Assembly (NCBI GenBank): GCA_041844915.1
Contig: JBGZBY010000087.1
Coordinates: 25,530-89,529, forward strand
Direction of reading: 5' to 3'
From: Eubacteriales bacterium
GTDB lineage: Bacteria > Bacillota > Clostridia > Lachnospirales > Vallitaleaceae
DNA: 64,000 nt
The notes beneath the pieces are model-generated. The model was not told the DNA's origin and searched no databases. It worked only from the letters and a program-made list of their open reading frames with translations. How positions within the stretch are numbered: the stretch's first letter is position 1; every line of letters begins with the position of its first letter. The translations under genes and the position numbers were made by a program. Positions 36,289-47,040 of the stretch are shown here, one piece after another.

Positions 36289-38097
36289 TTAATTTTCCTC
36301 GATCAGCCGCTCCATTTCGTCGATCATTCCCTCAAATACCTTAATTGCCCGCAGCATTGGCTCCTTCTGCGTAATATCGACGCCGGTATTTTTTAGGATA
36401 TCCAGAGGATACTTGGAGCTTCCGGCAGATAAAAATTCGTTGGTATAGCGATCGACAGCTGTTTGTCCTTCGGTCAGGATCATGTCGGCGATTGCGACAG
36501 AGCTGATCAGACCGGTTGCATACTGGAATACATAGTAGTTATAATAAAAATGCGGGATTCTTGCCCATTCATAGCGAATCTCGTCGTCGGAAACCACCGC
36601 GTCGCCAAAATATTTCTGATTTAATTCATAATACATTTGACTTAGGCTCTCGGCGGTCAGCGGTTCGCCTTTTTCAGCCAGTTCGTGAGTGGCTCTCTCG
36701 TATTCGGCAAACATGGTCTGACGGAAAACGGTGCCACGGAAGCCCTCTAGGAAATGATTCATATAGGCAAGGCGCAGATTTTTGTCATCCGTATTGTCCA
36801 GCAGATAGCGAATTAGCAGATTTTCATTGCAAGTTGAAGCGATTTCGGCTAAAAAGATAGAATAGTCGTGGTTGACATAGGCCTGCTTTTCGCTGGACAG
36901 ATAGGAGTGCATAGCATGTCCCATCTCATGCGCGAGGGTAAACATATTGTTTAGGGTATTGGTATGATTGAGCAGGACATAGGGATGAACGCCGTGAACT
37001 CCCCAAGAATAAGCGCCGCTGCGCTTGCCCTTATTTTCATAAACATCCAGCCAGCGATTGGCAAAAGCGGATTTTACGACAGCGACATATTTTTCTCCCA
37101 TTGGAGCAATTGACTTTAAAACAGTATCCTTAGCGTCCTCAAAGCTGATTTTGGTGTCGATATCGGGAAAGAGCGGCGTATAAATATCATACATATGCAG
37201 ATCCGGCAGCTTGAGTAATTTTTTGCGCAGGCGCATATATCGATGGAAAATCGGGAGGGATTCGTTGATCGTTTGCAGGAGCTGATCGTAGATCGCAACA
37301 GGAACATTGTTAGTGAACAAGGCGGCTTCGCAGGTTGAGGAAAAGCCCCTTGCCCGCATATTCAGCAGATGGCTTTTTAAATTCATATTGTAAACAGAAG
37401 CCAAGGTATTGATATTAGCTTTATATGCCGCGTACATCGAAGAAAACGCCGCCTGACGAACCTCACGCTTAGGATTTTCCATCATGCCGATGTAATTGCC
37501 GTGAGTTAATTCTACGGTTTCTCCATTTTCATCCACAATAGGCTGAAAGCGAATATCGGCATTGTTAAACATAGCGAAGGTATTTTCTATGCCGGAGGTA
37601 ACATCTCCGGCCAAAGCCATAAGCTCCTCCTGCTCTTTGGGCAGGACATGCTTTTGTGTGCGGAAAAGATTGTCAAAGTATTGGTGATAGATCATCAGCT
37701 CCGGTTTTTCCGAATAATAACTGTCCAAGGTAGCTTTTGTCAAGGTCAGGAGCATAGGCTCTACAAAGGAAAGGCGGGATTGAATCAGAACCATTAAGGA
37801 TTCCGATTTTTGAGCTAGCGCCTGCTTGGCAGAATCGGAAGTATCCTGATGCCAGCCCATTTGAGCATAGCCATAGATTTTTCCGAAATTTTCGCTTAGC
37901 GCGTCTTTTTTCTGCAAAAAAAGCAGGAGCTTTTCAGCAGAAGCAAGAAATTCCTTTTCCATAGAAACCAGCTGCTCGACGGCAGCTTCACAATCCTTAT
38001 AAAGCGCTGTCCACGCTTCCTCATTTTTTACGATATGGGAGAGATCCCATGTATGCTCCGGTGCGACCTCGGAGCGCTTTGGTAATGTTTTTGCCAT
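36289..38097 (-). CDS. pepF: Oligoendopeptidase F (M3B)
   Basis: RSEV...TWDL N-terminus, GKRSGAYS, TLAHEMGHAMHS, AEIAST and WARIPHFY motifs. Confidence 0.95.
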   Translation of the reverse strand: MAKTLPKRSEVAPEHTWDLSHIVKNEEAWTALYKDCEAAVEQLVSMEKEFLASAEKLLLFLQKKDALSENFGKIYGYAQMGWHQDTSDSAKQALAQKSESLMVLIQSRLSFVEPMLLTLTKATLDSYYSEKPELMIYHQYFDNLFRTQKHVLPKEQEELMALAGDVTSGIENTFAMFNNADIRFQPIVDENGETVELTHGNYIGMMENPKREVRQAAFSSMYAAYKANINTLASVYNMNLKSHLLNMRARGFSSTCEAALFTNNVPVAIYDQLLQTINESLPIFHRYMRLRKKLLKLPDLHMYDIYTPLFPDIDTKISFEDAKDTVLKSIAPMGEKYVAVVKSAFANRWLDVYENKGKRSGAYSWGVHGVHPYVLLNHTNTLNNMFTLAHEMGHAMHSYLSSEKQAYVNHDYSIFLAEIASTCNENLLIRYLLDNTDDKNLRLAYMNHFLEGFRGTVFRQTMFAEYERATHELAEKGEPLTAESLSQMYYELNQKYFGDAVVSDDEIRYEWARIPHFYYNYYVFQYATGLISSVAIADMILTEGQTAVDRYTNEFLSAGSSKYPLDILKNTGVDITQKEPMLRAIKVFEGMIDEMERLIEEN

Positions 38098-38409
38098 AAT
38101 AATGTCCTTTCTTTCTAAGTGTTAAAGCATTTCATAAGATATTCCTATAGTATCAAATTTAAAGCAATTCGTAAAGTTTTATCCCAATAAAAGGCATAAA
38201 AGTTTTGGAATTTTCTTTTATGTTTGTTTTTTGGCTTTGGTGAAATGCGAGGCATTAATAAAATACCAATGAAATATCAATAAAAAAGGATATATCGAAT
38301 TTGGATAAGAAGCTTTAACCGGAAGGAAGTTATTTTACTATTGTGAAAGATGTTTAAAGTAGGAAATTTGAGAAGTGATTTTGCTTAAATCTCAATTCTT
38401 TAATGCAAA

Positions 38410-38460
38410 GCAGCTTGTCCGTACCCATGCAATTTTTTTGCACAGATACGGGCAAGCTGC
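38410..38460 (-). terminator. Stem-loop downstream of the SLH protein gene
   Basis: GCAGCTTGTCCGTA...TACGGGCAAGCTGC. Confidence 0.6.
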
Positions 38461-38486
38461 TTGCTAGTTAAAAAGCTTATTTAAGC

Positions 38487-40931
38487 TTATTTTAAAATTT
38501 CCTCATAAAAACGCATAACGACTTCGGCAATTTCTGCTCTAGTTGCTGGAGCTTGTGGAGCAAGCATTTTGCGCTCATTACCTTTAAGTAATCCGGTAGC
38601 GGTCGCCCAAGATACGGCTGTTTTAGCATAATCAGATATCTGTGAACTATCGGCAAAAGAGGATAAATCCATTTGTTTACGGGTATTTTTTCCATTTTTT
38701 TCAGCAAGTTTCATCAGCAAAGTTACCAATTGCTCACGAGTAATGCTATCTTCTACACCAAAGACGGTATCTGAGTAACCTTTAGCAATTTTTTGCTGGA
38801 TTGCCCAGTTTACGGCAGGCATGGAGTAGTGATTTTTAGCAATGTCGGAGAAGCTGACCTCACCGCTCATTTGTGGTTTTCCTGCTAGACGATAGAGAAT
38901 TGTTACCAACATTCCTCTAGTAGCAGTTTTTTCAGGTGCAAATTCGGTTGCTGATAATCCGTTCATCCAATTGTTTTGCGCAACATAGCTGACTGCTTTT
39001 TCGTACCATGCACCTTTGGCGATATCGGAAAAACGCAGCATAGTTTCGCTGTTGTTATCAGACTTGTTGTCTTGCTGTTTGTCCATAGCTTTATCCGGCT
39101 CCTTAGACTGCGGCTGACTGATTGTTGGTGCAGCAGAAGAAGTCTCGGAAACATACGGAATCAAAACACTGGACGATGATGCGCTAGGAGTCGCCGGATT
39201 GCTTGGGTTGCTTGGATTGCTTGGGTTACTTGGGTTACTTGGGTTGCTTGGGTTATTTGGGTTACCAATTACGCCAATGGTGATTTGTACCGGTTTAGAT
39301 GCCAGTGCGCGAGGTAGTGAACGCTCACGAACAAGATAGATGCCCTTGGTTAAACCTGTGATTTCATTGGCTGGGCAAGGCTTCCATGAAGCATTGGCAC
39401 TGTCTTCTTTATATTGCATAGAAACGCGGGTACCCATGATTTTTCCATCAGCAGCGGTTTCAGAGGAAGCATTTACGGCACTTAATCCCTGCGGTTGAGG
39501 CGATCGTATTACGGTTAAAGTTTGTTCAGCGGATTCAATTTCTTCGCCATTTGGTTCGTAAACATATTTTGCAGTGATAGTAAAAGGACCATCGGCGGTA
39601 AAATTAGAAAGAGGAAGCTCGGAGCTAATATTGGTTGATTTTTGATATTGCCCGCTAAAGCCTTCGCCAGTTATCTTATAATATAAAGTCCCTTCGTTAT
39701 GATCAATATTTTTTAACAAAACAGCGTGGTCAGCAAGTTCATCATTGTTGACATGTTCCTGAACTTCCAATTTTGGTGTTTGAGGACGAACTGTTCCAAA
39801 AGGAAGTTCAAAAGTTTCGGTAACATTAGCCAAATTTTTTACCTCGATAACAATTTTAGTCGCCACTTGAACAGCTGCCGGAGTTCCGCTGATTACGCCG
39901 TTTTCCAGTTTTAGACCATTTAGACTACCGCTTTTTAAAGAAAAGCTGTAGTTGCCATTTGGAGATACTGCTTCGGATAAATTAATTGGGTCAATATTCT
40001 CGCCGCGGACACTGTCAGGAATTTGCAGCTTGGATTGGTCGATAGAAAATCCTTTATAGGTATAAGTTTCCATATTGGGAATAGAAGAATCCTTCTCCCA
40101 TTTGTTAGGACTATATTCCAATCTATTAGGGTCGCTTATTGGCTGACCACTTCGAAAACTCAAAGTTAAGGTTTTGGCATTTTGCAACTTGACTTTGCCA
40201 TTTTCTACGCTTAAACAATAAGTTTCCACGCTTGGCGAAGGAGTTACACGATTTACACTAATTTCAATTTCATTTTTAGTATTAAAAATAATATCATTTG
40301 TCGCACTAAGTCCGATAACATCTTGACTTTCTGCACTTTGAGTGTTTACAAGAGATACATTTAAGCTGGCATTTTCTTCTACCTGAATATTGTTTGCAGA
40401 TACAGCAACAACTCGAGTAATTTCTTTGTGTTCTTTCTGCACATCAACATTTACATTGCCACTAAAGATAACATTGCCCGGTTTTAAACCAGTGTCGGCA
40501 GTTATATTTTCTGTAACAAGAGAATTATTGGTAAAGCTTATAATTTTTATATCTCCGCCAGTAGGATTATTTATAGCCGTAATAGTGCTATTGCCATTTA
40601 TGGAAATAGTTAAATCCTTGTTTGGCTGAGAAGCTTTTATAAAAATTTTATCAGATTCATTATTAAGGAATAAGTTTTCAATAAAAAGAATACCTTCGTC
40701 TGTTTTAAAATAGGCAGTACATCCGTTAGAGCCTAGAACACCATTATCGGAATGTTCATTATTTACTAAATAAGGGAAGTCTTTATTTAATTCAATCTCC
40801 CTTCCACTTATAGTTAAGGCAATGCTTGTCGGTTTCCTGTCTTCTTGTGCATAATTTGCCGAAGGAAATGCCGTGAGTAAAAGGCAAATCACTAAGGCAA
40901 GGCTTAGAAAAGATTTTAAAGATAGTTTCAT
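38487..40931 (-). CDS. Cell-surface protein with three C-terminal SLH domains
   Basis: Signal peptide, beta-rich N-terminus, Ig-like segment (GVISGTP), (NPS)n linker, SLH repeats (FSDIAKGAWY, TRGMLVTILYR, TRAE). Confidence 0.88.
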   Translation of the reverse strand: MKLSLKSFLSLALVICLLLTAFPSANYAQEDRKPTSIALTISGREIELNKDFPYLVNNEHSDNGVLGSNGCTAYFKTDEGILFIENLFLNNESDKIFIKASQPNKDLTISINGNSTITAINNPTGGDIKIISFTNNSLVTENITADTGLKPGNVIFSGNVNVDVQKEHKEITRVVAVSANNIQVEENASLNVSLVNTQSAESQDVIGLSATNDIIFNTKNEIEISVNRVTPSPSVETYCLSVENGKVKLQNAKTLTLSFRSGQPISDPNRLEYSPNKWEKDSSIPNMETYTYKGFSIDQSKLQIPDSVRGENIDPINLSEAVSPNGNYSFSLKSGSLNGLKLENGVISGTPAAVQVATKIVIEVKNLANVTETFELPFGTVRPQTPKLEVQEHVNNDELADHAVLLKNIDHNEGTLYYKITGEGFSGQYQKSTNISSELPLSNFTADGPFTITAKYVYEPNGEEIESAEQTLTVIRSPQPQGLSAVNASSETAADGKIMGTRVSMQYKEDSANASWKPCPANEITGLTKGIYLVRERSLPRALASKPVQITIGVIGNPNNPSNPSNPSNPSNPSNPSNPATPSASSSSVLIPYVSETSSAAPTISQPQSKEPDKAMDKQQDNKSDNNSETMLRFSDIAKGAWYEKAVSYVAQNNWMNGLSATEFAPEKTATRGMLVTILYRLAGKPQMSGEVSFSDIAKNHYSMPAVNWAIQQKIAKGYSDTVFGVEDSITREQLVTLLMKLAEKNGKNTRKQMDLSSFADSSQISDYAKTAVSWATATGLLKGNERKMLAPQAPATRAEIAEVVMRFYEEILK
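39195..39263 (-). repeat. 9-bp tandem repeat encoding (NPS)n
   Basis: About 7 imperfect copies of AAYCCAAGY on the minus strand. Confidence 0.9.
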
Positions 40932-41272
40932 AGTTTTTTTCCTTTCTTTGATGAGTTTAATTCTTAGATTTTGTAGTTCTAAGAATTTATTTATACTTAA
41001 TATGTATCATATCTTCTTTTGCTAGTTTTTTCCAGTTATTTTTTTGTTTTTAATTAAATTTTAATTTTTCGGCTTGCGAGCAATAAGTCTGTTGAGGAAG
41101 CGGTTGCTTGCAGTTAGAATGATGATAGCGAGTGCTGTATTTTCTTTTTTTGGGGTATATTACACTAAAATTGAAGAATATTTTTTGTTTTATACTGGCG
41201 GCAATTGTTTTCTAGTTAGGAGAAGGCAAAGGATATAATTTTTAGGATTTTGTTGTTTTGGACAGTATCATA

Positions 41273-41301
41273 TTGACTTTTCTTCTGAAACAGGGTATAC
41301 T
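41273..41301 (+). promoter_or_regulatory. Sigma-A promoter of the SRP RNA-dnaX locus
   Basis: TTGACT-17 bp-TATACT. Confidence 0.7.
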
Positions 41302-41388
41302 AATACGGTTCTAAGAGAGCAGAGCCGGAATGGTTTGCCATTGGAACCTGAATATGGGATTAGAGGGCTTGCCCTTTGATAAAAAGTT

Positions 41389-41652
41389 TCCACACAGCCG
41401 GGGAGGTAGCGGCGCCCTGAACCTGCAATCCGCTATAGCAGGGGTGATATTGAACAGAGGCTTGGTTTTGTGAAGCAGCCTTGGGGCAATGGTGTTGAGA
41501 GTTTGGTCCTACGCAATGGAAATCTGTGAATCGTGTCAGATCTTGACGGAAGCAGCACTAAGCAGAAACTTTCATGTGCCGTGGGGGCGCCGGATTTGAG
41601 CCGTTAAGCCGAGAAGCGTTCGGAAGATCACTGTCGAAGGGATATGTGTGGA
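41389..41652 (+). ncRNA. ffs: Large bacterial SRP RNA (Bacillus scRNA type, with Alu domain)
   Basis: GGGGAGGTAGCGGCGCCCTGAACCTGCAATCCGCTATAGCAGGG Alu domain, helix 8 TGTCAGATCTTGACGGAAGCAGCA, terminal pairing TCCACACA/TGTGTGGA, upstream of dnaX. Confidence 0.95.
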
Positions 41653-41774
41653 TTTTTCATTGGTAAAATCCAATCAAGTGACTGAAAAAGGCTGGAATCC
41701 TATAAAAGATCGGGCTGCGTTTTTTTCTGACATGGGGAAAATATTTTGTTTTGAATTGATATGGGGAGGAGATT

Positions 41775-43361
41775 ATGACATATACCGCGCTTTATCGCAA
41801 GCTTAGGCCGCAAAGTTTTGCAGAGGTGGTCGGTCAGGAAGCGATCGTAAAAACATTGAGGAATCAGGTGCGATCCGGCAGATTAAGTCATGCCTATTTG
41901 TTTACCGGTACCAGAGGTACGGGAAAGACCTCGACGGCCAAGATATTTGCCCGTGCTGTCAACTGCCTGAATCCGCAGGACGGAGAGCCATGCAATCAAT
42001 GCGACAGCTGCCTTCGCGAGTTGGCGGGAAACGATTTGAATATCATAGAGATTGACGCTGCCAGCAATAATGGCGTGGATAATATTCGAGAGCTGCGGGA
42101 GGATGTTCGCTATCAGCCGGCCAATGCTCGTTATAAAATTTATATTATCGACGAGGTGCATATGCTGTCAACCGGAGCATTTAATGCTCTGCTTAAAACA
42201 CTGGAAGAACCGCCGGCGCACGCCGTCTTTATTCTGGCAACAACCGATCCGCATAAAATACCGGACACGATTTTGTCCCGCTGCCAGCGCTATGATTTTC
42301 GGAGAATCAGCAGTCAGGATATTCAGTGGGTATTGAGAAGCTATTTGGAGAGGGAAGGAATTGCCTTTGAGGACAGGGTGCTGAGATTTATCGCCAAGGC
42401 GGCGGACGGTGCGCTGCGGGACGCCCATTCGATTTTAGATCGTTGCTTGGCTTTTTATTTAGGGGAGGAGCTGACCTTGGATAAGGTGCTGCGCCTTTTG
42501 GGAGCGGTGGACAGCAGCGTCTATGAAGAAATTACAGCTTATTTGCTAAAACGGCAAATTTCTGAGCTGTTGACAAAAACCGACGAGCTTTTAATGCAGG
42601 GAAGGGATTTGCAGCAGCTGGTTTTGGGGGAAATCAGCTTTTTAAGAGATCTGCTGCTGGTAAAGGCGATGCCGGAGCCGGAAAAGCTTTTGGATTTAGC
42701 GGAGGAAAGTATGGTTGCACTGCGGGCGATTGCCGGACTTTGTGAGGAAAGCTTTCTGATGCATATTATCCGGAGCCTGTCGCGGCTGGAGGCGGATATG
42801 AAATATGAAAGCAATAAGAGGATCTTGCTTGAGCTGGAGTGGATAAAGCTTTGCCAGCCGGAGCTGGACAGAAGTGAGGAAAGCATTCTGCGTCGCTTGC
42901 AGGAGATGGAGAAAAGCCTAGAGGAGGGAAGCGTGCGAGTGGCCGAGAAGGTCGAGAAGGGAAAGGAAAAAGCTTTGCCTCCAGAAAAAGCTTTGCCTCC
43001 AATTGATACCGCGCCCTTTCCGGAGGATATCAAAGCGGTAATTGCAGCGTGGAAAAGCTTGCGCTTTGACCTGAATCCCTTTATCAATATCACCTTGGAG
43101 AGAGCGACGCCATTTTATTCGGAAAAAGGCAACGAGCTGCTGATTGTAACCGAGTCTTCGGCCGGAGCGGATTACTTGAAAAGCGGCGACTATCAAAATC
43201 AGATTGCAGATTTTTTAGCAAGAAAATTTCAAAAGAAATTCAATTTGCAGCTTCTATCGGATCAGGACTATGAAAATATGCATCGGCGGGGAATTCGAGA
43301 TATAAAAAACGCCGTAGAGGAGCTGCGCCGAAGCATTGATTTTGACATAGAGGTAAAATAA
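41775..43361 (+). CDS. dnaX: DNA polymerase III subunit gamma/tau
   Basis: ALYRKLRP, GTRGTGKT, zinc cysteines, EIDAAS, DEVHML, LKTLEEPP and SRCQ motifs. Confidence 0.96.
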   Translation: MTYTALYRKLRPQSFAEVVGQEAIVKTLRNQVRSGRLSHAYLFTGTRGTGKTSTAKIFARAVNCLNPQDGEPCNQCDSCLRELAGNDLNIIEIDAASNNGVDNIRELREDVRYQPANARYKIYIIDEVHMLSTGAFNALLKTLEEPPAHAVFILATTDPHKIPDTILSRCQRYDFRRISSQDIQWVLRSYLEREGIAFEDRVLRFIAKAADGALRDAHSILDRCLAFYLGEELTLDKVLRLLGAVDSSVYEEITAYLLKRQISELLTKTDELLMQGRDLQQLVLGEISFLRDLLLVKAMPEPEKLLDLAEESMVALRAIAGLCEESFLMHIIRSLSRLEADMKYESNKRILLELEWIKLCQPELDRSEESILRRLQEMEKSLEEGSVRVAEKVEKGKEKALPPEKALPPIDTAPFPEDIKAVIAAWKSLRFDLNPFINITLERATPFYSEKGNELLIVTESSAGADYLKSGDYQNQIADFLARKFQKKFNLQLLSDQDYENMHRRGIRDIKNAVEELRRSIDFDIEVK

Positions 43362-43547
43362 AAGGCAGGGCGGCAATCGGGAAGATTAGGCCTGCGGCAA
43401 GGCGGAAGGGCCGACTAGAAGCAGCCCCGCTGGAAGGCGCAGCCAGTTGATGGGGCAGCCGACAGACCGACAAAGGGAAATGCCGAAGTAGCAAAGCCGG
43501 AGATGGCTAAAAAATCAAAATAATAGATAAATAAAAACAAAAAACGA

Positions 43548-43582
43548 TGTGGTATTTAAGGCTTTTTTATTTAAATACCACA
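43548..43582 (+). terminator. Terminator after dnaX
   Basis: TGTGGTATTTAA...TTAAATACCACA followed by ATTTTT. Confidence 0.6.
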
Positions 43583-43597
43583 ATTTTTATACCAATG

Positions 43598-43658
43598 AAT
43601 GAAACAAAAATCCATTTATTGTGATATGGATTGACAATAAAGTTTTATTTATTATAAT
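43598..43658 (+). promoter_or_regulatory. Promoter of the mur cluster with a candidate RpiR operator
   Basis: TTGACA(43631)-16 bp-TATAAT(43653); imperfect dyad AATGAAACAAAAATCCATT upstream. Confidence 0.55.
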
Positions 43659-43678
43659 GAAAATGAAAGGAAAATTTT

Positions 43679-44563
43679 ATGAAAAGTTTATTGTCCTATA
43701 TACAAAGCTATTTGCGGCAGGCAACGGAATCAGAAAAGCAAATTCTTCAATTTTGGCTGGAGCAGCCGGAAAAAAGCAGTCGATTAAGTATCAGAGAGCT
43801 GGCGGCGGAAACCTATACCTCGGCCTCATCGATTATCCGACTTTGCCAGAAGCTTGATTTTAAAGGCTATAAGGAGCTGCGGGCGGCGCTTATTTACGAA
43901 ACGGCGGTTCGAGAGAAGGAAAATCATCGGGAAATTTCCGATTTGAGCAAGGAGGATAGCTTGGAGGACATTATTGAGAAGGTGACGCTGCGAAATATCG
44001 CTTCGCTGAAAAGTACGGCTCAAAACCTGGATCCCAAGCATTTGAGGGATTGTCTGGATTTGATAGAGAAGGCGAGAGTAATCCATTTATTCGGCTTGGG
44101 AACCTCGCTATTGGCGGCAAAGGATCTTAGTTTGAAGCTGATCCGAATCAACCGACTTTGTATGATTCAGGATGAATGGCATGTTCAGCTTTTGATGGCA
44201 AAGAATATCACGATGCAGGATGTGGCGATTTTATTCAGCTATTCTGGCATGACACAGGAAATGATTCAATGCGCCGCCTTAATCAAGGAATCCGGCGCCA
44301 AGCTTATCAGCGTTTGCGGCTTTGAAAAGTCAACAATTGCCAAGATGGCGGATTATAATTTGGCAGTGGTTACTAACGAGCATATTTTTCGGAGCGGGGC
44401 AATGAGCTCGAGAATTGCCCAGCTGAATGTGGTGGATATATTGTTTAAAGCATTTATCAATCGAAATTATGAAGCTTCCTTGAAACAGGTAACAAAGACT
44501 CATATTCAAAAAGACGATGAAGTAGAGGAAACACAGAGATTGAGAAAGGAGGGAAAGATATGA
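43679..44563 (+). CDS. MurR/RpiR family transcriptional regulator
   Basis: HTH (SIRELA...SSIIRLCQKL) plus SIS domain (FGLGTS, SYSG, SRIAQL); overlaps the murQ start. Confidence 0.92.
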   Translation: MKSLLSYIQSYLRQATESEKQILQFWLEQPEKSSRLSIRELAAETYTSASSIIRLCQKLDFKGYKELRAALIYETAVREKENHREISDLSKEDSLEDIIEKVTLRNIASLKSTAQNLDPKHLRDCLDLIEKARVIHLFGLGTSLLAAKDLSLKLIRINRLCMIQDEWHVQLLMAKNITMQDVAILFSYSGMTQEMIQCAALIKESGAKLISVCGFEKSTIAKMADYNLAVVTNEHIFRSGAMSSRIAQLNVVDILFKAFINRNYEASLKQVTKTHIQKDDEVEETQRLRKEGKI

Positions 44564-45483
44564 TTGATTTATCTCAGATGACGACGGAGCAGCAGAATCC
44601 GGATACGAAAAATTTGGATCAGATGACGCCGCTGGAAATCGTTACGCTGATCAATCGAGAGGACGATAAGGTAATTGCGGCGATTCGCCGGATTTTACCA
44701 GAAATTGCCAAGGCTGTAGAGGCGGCAACAGCCTGCTTGAAAAGCGGCGGCAGATTGATCTATCTAGGAGCTGGCACCAGTGGAAGGCTGGGGGTATTGG
44801 ATGCAGTCGAATGTCCGCCGACTTTCGGCACAGATCCGTCCTTGGTGGTCGGATTGATTGCCGGAGGAGAAAAGGCATTTGTTAAAGCGGTGGAAGGTGC
44901 AGAGGATAGTCAGAGCTTGGCAGAGGAGGATTTAAAGGCATTACAGCTTAGTGCGAAGGATATGGTGATAGGGCTGGCGGCCAGCGGCAGAACGCCTTAT
45001 GTGGTGTATGGCCTGCACTATGCCAGAGCCAAGGGCTGCACAACGGCGGCAATCGTTTGTAACAGCGGCTCGGATGTGGCGAAGGCAGCAGATATCGCGA
45101 TGGAGGCAGTCGTAGGGCCGGAGGTGCTGACTGGTTCGACCCGATTAAAAGCAGGCAGCGCGCAGAAAATGATTTTGAACATGATATCGACGGCGTCGAT
45201 GGTTGGCGTTGGGAAGGTATATCAAAATTATATGGTCGATTTAAAAAGAAGCAATGAGAAGCTGGTAATTCGCTCGGAAAACATTGTGATGGCAACAACG
45301 GCTTGTAGTCGAGAAGAAGCACGCCGAACGCTGAATGAAGCGGAGGGAAGCGTAAAGCTGGCAATTACGGCGATTTTATCGGGAAACAAGGTTTCACAGG
45401 CCGCGAGGCTTTTAGAGGAAGCAGGCGGCTATGTCAGACAGGCTTTAGAGCTGGCAGCGCGGCAATCCAAGCAAGAAAATTAA
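44560..45483 (+). CDS. murQ: N-acetylmuramic acid 6-phosphate etherase
   Basis: GAGTSGRLGVLDAVECPPTFG, AVEGAED and GPEVLTGSTRLKAG motifs. Confidence 0.96.
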   Translation: MIDLSQMTTEQQNPDTKNLDQMTPLEIVTLINREDDKVIAAIRRILPEIAKAVEAATACLKSGGRLIYLGAGTSGRLGVLDAVECPPTFGTDPSLVVGLIAGGEKAFVKAVEGAEDSQSLAEEDLKALQLSAKDMVIGLAASGRTPYVVYGLHYARAKGCTTAAIVCNSGSDVAKAADIAMEAVVGPEVLTGSTRLKAGSAQKMILNMISTASMVGVGKVYQNYMVDLKRSNEKLVIRSENIVMATTACSREEARRTLNEAEGSVKLAITAILSGNKVSQAARLLEEAGGYVRQALELAARQSKQEN

Positions 45484-45618
45484 TCAGCTTTCCCTATCAG
45501 CTTTTGCTTCGGGGCTTTTCTCAAAAAGGAACCTCCTTTTTGAGAAAAGGCACTTCGGCAGCATGGGAAAATTGAGCAACAACAAAATCTATCGGTGAAA
45601 AAAGAAGGAGGAAACAGC

Positions 45619-47040
45619 ATGAACAACAAAGAACTGGCAACGAAAATCGTGGAATTGACCGGTGGTGCGGACAATATTGGTTCCGTGACCAACTGCATGA
45701 CCAGGATGAGAGTGACGGTAAAAGACAGCGCGAAGGTTTCGGCAGATAAAATTAAAGGCTTAGACGGCGTTTTGGGCTTGGTCAGCGAGGGAAATTACTA
45801 TCAGATTGTTTTAGGCCCGGGCAAGGCAAAAAAGGTAACGGACGAAGCGGCGGAGGCATTTCGACTGAAAAGAGACGCCGAGGTAACGGAAGTGACCGAG
45901 GATTGGCAAACCAATAAGGACGCAGTTAAGGCTGGTCAGAAAAAAAGCGGCTTTAAAAAGGCTGTCAACACGATTGCCAATATTTTTATTCCGCTGATTC
46001 CGGCAATCATTGCAGCGGGGCTGTTTTTTGGCTTGGGCAGCCTGATTGGCACGCTGAACACGGAAAAAAATCAAATGTGGGAAGGTATCCGCCTATTTTT
46101 CACTTTAATCAGCGGTGCATTTTTAGGTTATTTAGTAATTTATACCGGTATCAATGCAGCGAAGCAGTTCGGCGCAACCGAAGGCTTGGGCGGAATGATC
46201 GGTGCAATTACGATTGGCGCCAATATTACCGAGCTTTCCAAGATGATGGGGCTGTTTAACGAGGAGGTTCCGTTAAAGTCAACCCTGACTACCGGTAAGG
46301 GAGGTATCATCGGTGTAATTGTTGGCGTGTGGATTTTGTCGAAGGTAGAAAAAGAGCTGCGCAAGAGGATTCCCGATGTGCTGGACTTGATTTTGACGCC
46401 GTTTTTATCTTTATTGATTACTGGACTGATTTATGTGTTTGCTGTTATGCCTTTGGCAGGATATTTCTCGGATGGGCTGGTTTATGTGTTAAGTTTTATT
46501 ATCAATTCCTCCGATCCGGTAGTCAGCGTAATCAGCGGATATGTGCTGTCGGCGCTGTTTTTACCGATGGTACTGTTGGGACTTCATCATGGTTTGATTC
46601 CGATTTATGCGGTGCAGCTGGAGCAGTTGGGCGGTGTATCTCTGTTTCCGGTGCTGGCGATGGCGGGTGCTGGTCAGGTGGGAGCGGCGATTGCGATTTA
46701 TTTCATTGCCAGAAGGGTTAAGAATACCAGATTGCAAAAGGTTGTAACCGGTGCTTTACCAGCTGGATTTTTGGGCGTTGGCGAGCCTTTGATTTACGGT
46801 GTTACCCTGCCGCTGTTTAAAGCCTTTATCACTGCGGGCTTAGGAGCGGGCTTTGGCGGCGCATGGGTTATGCTGAGAAGAGTTATGGCAAATGCATGGG
46901 GACCGTCAGGCTTAGTCGCCACAGCAATTATGAAGCCGGAATCTATGATCAATTATGTAATCGGCTTGGTGATTTCCTATATCGCGGGCTTTGTGATTAC
47001 CTATTTGGTGATTAAGGATGAAGATGTAAAAAATGTATAG
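45619..47040 (+). CDS. PTS EIIBC, probably MurNAc-specific (MurP-like)
   Basis: NCMTRMR EIIB cysteine motif, GLHHG and GVGEPLIYG; adjacent to murQ. Confidence 0.9.
   Translation: MNNKELATKIVELTGGADNIGSVTNCMTRMRVTVKDSAKVSADKIKGLDGVLGLVSEGNYYQIVLGPGKAKKVTDEAAEAFRLKRDAEVTEVTEDWQTNKDAVKAGQKKSGFKKAVNTIANIFIPLIPAIIAAGLFFGLGSLIGTLNTEKNQMWEGIRLFFTLISGAFLGYLVIYTGINAAKQFGATEGLGGMIGAITIGANITELSKMMGLFNEEVPLKSTLTTGKGGIIGVIVGVWILSKVEKELRKRIPDVLDLILTPFLSLLITGLIYVFAVMPLAGYFSDGLVYVLSFIINSSDPVVSVISGYVLSALFLPMVLLGLHHGLIPIYAVQLEQLGGVSLFPVLAMAGAGQVGAAIAIYFIARRVKNTRLQKVVTGALPAGFLGVGEPLIYGVTLPLFKAFITAGLGAGFGGAWVMLRRVMANAWGPSGLVATAIMKPESMINYVIGLVISYIAGFVITYLVIKDEDVKNV

Noticed and set aside
41305-41388. Three small hairpins between the promoter and the SRP RNA as a possible separate RNA or tRNA
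   Set aside because: No tRNA T/D consensus; most simply the SRP precursor leader
42966-43001. 18-bp tandem duplication (EKALPP x2) in dnaX as a possible frameshift signal
   Set aside because: It is an in-frame linker duplication with no A-AAA-AAG slippery heptamer
43365-43510. GC-rich tract after dnaX as a possible ncRNA or ybaB remnant
   Set aside because: No recognisable motif or ORF; similar purine-rich spacers occur throughout the window
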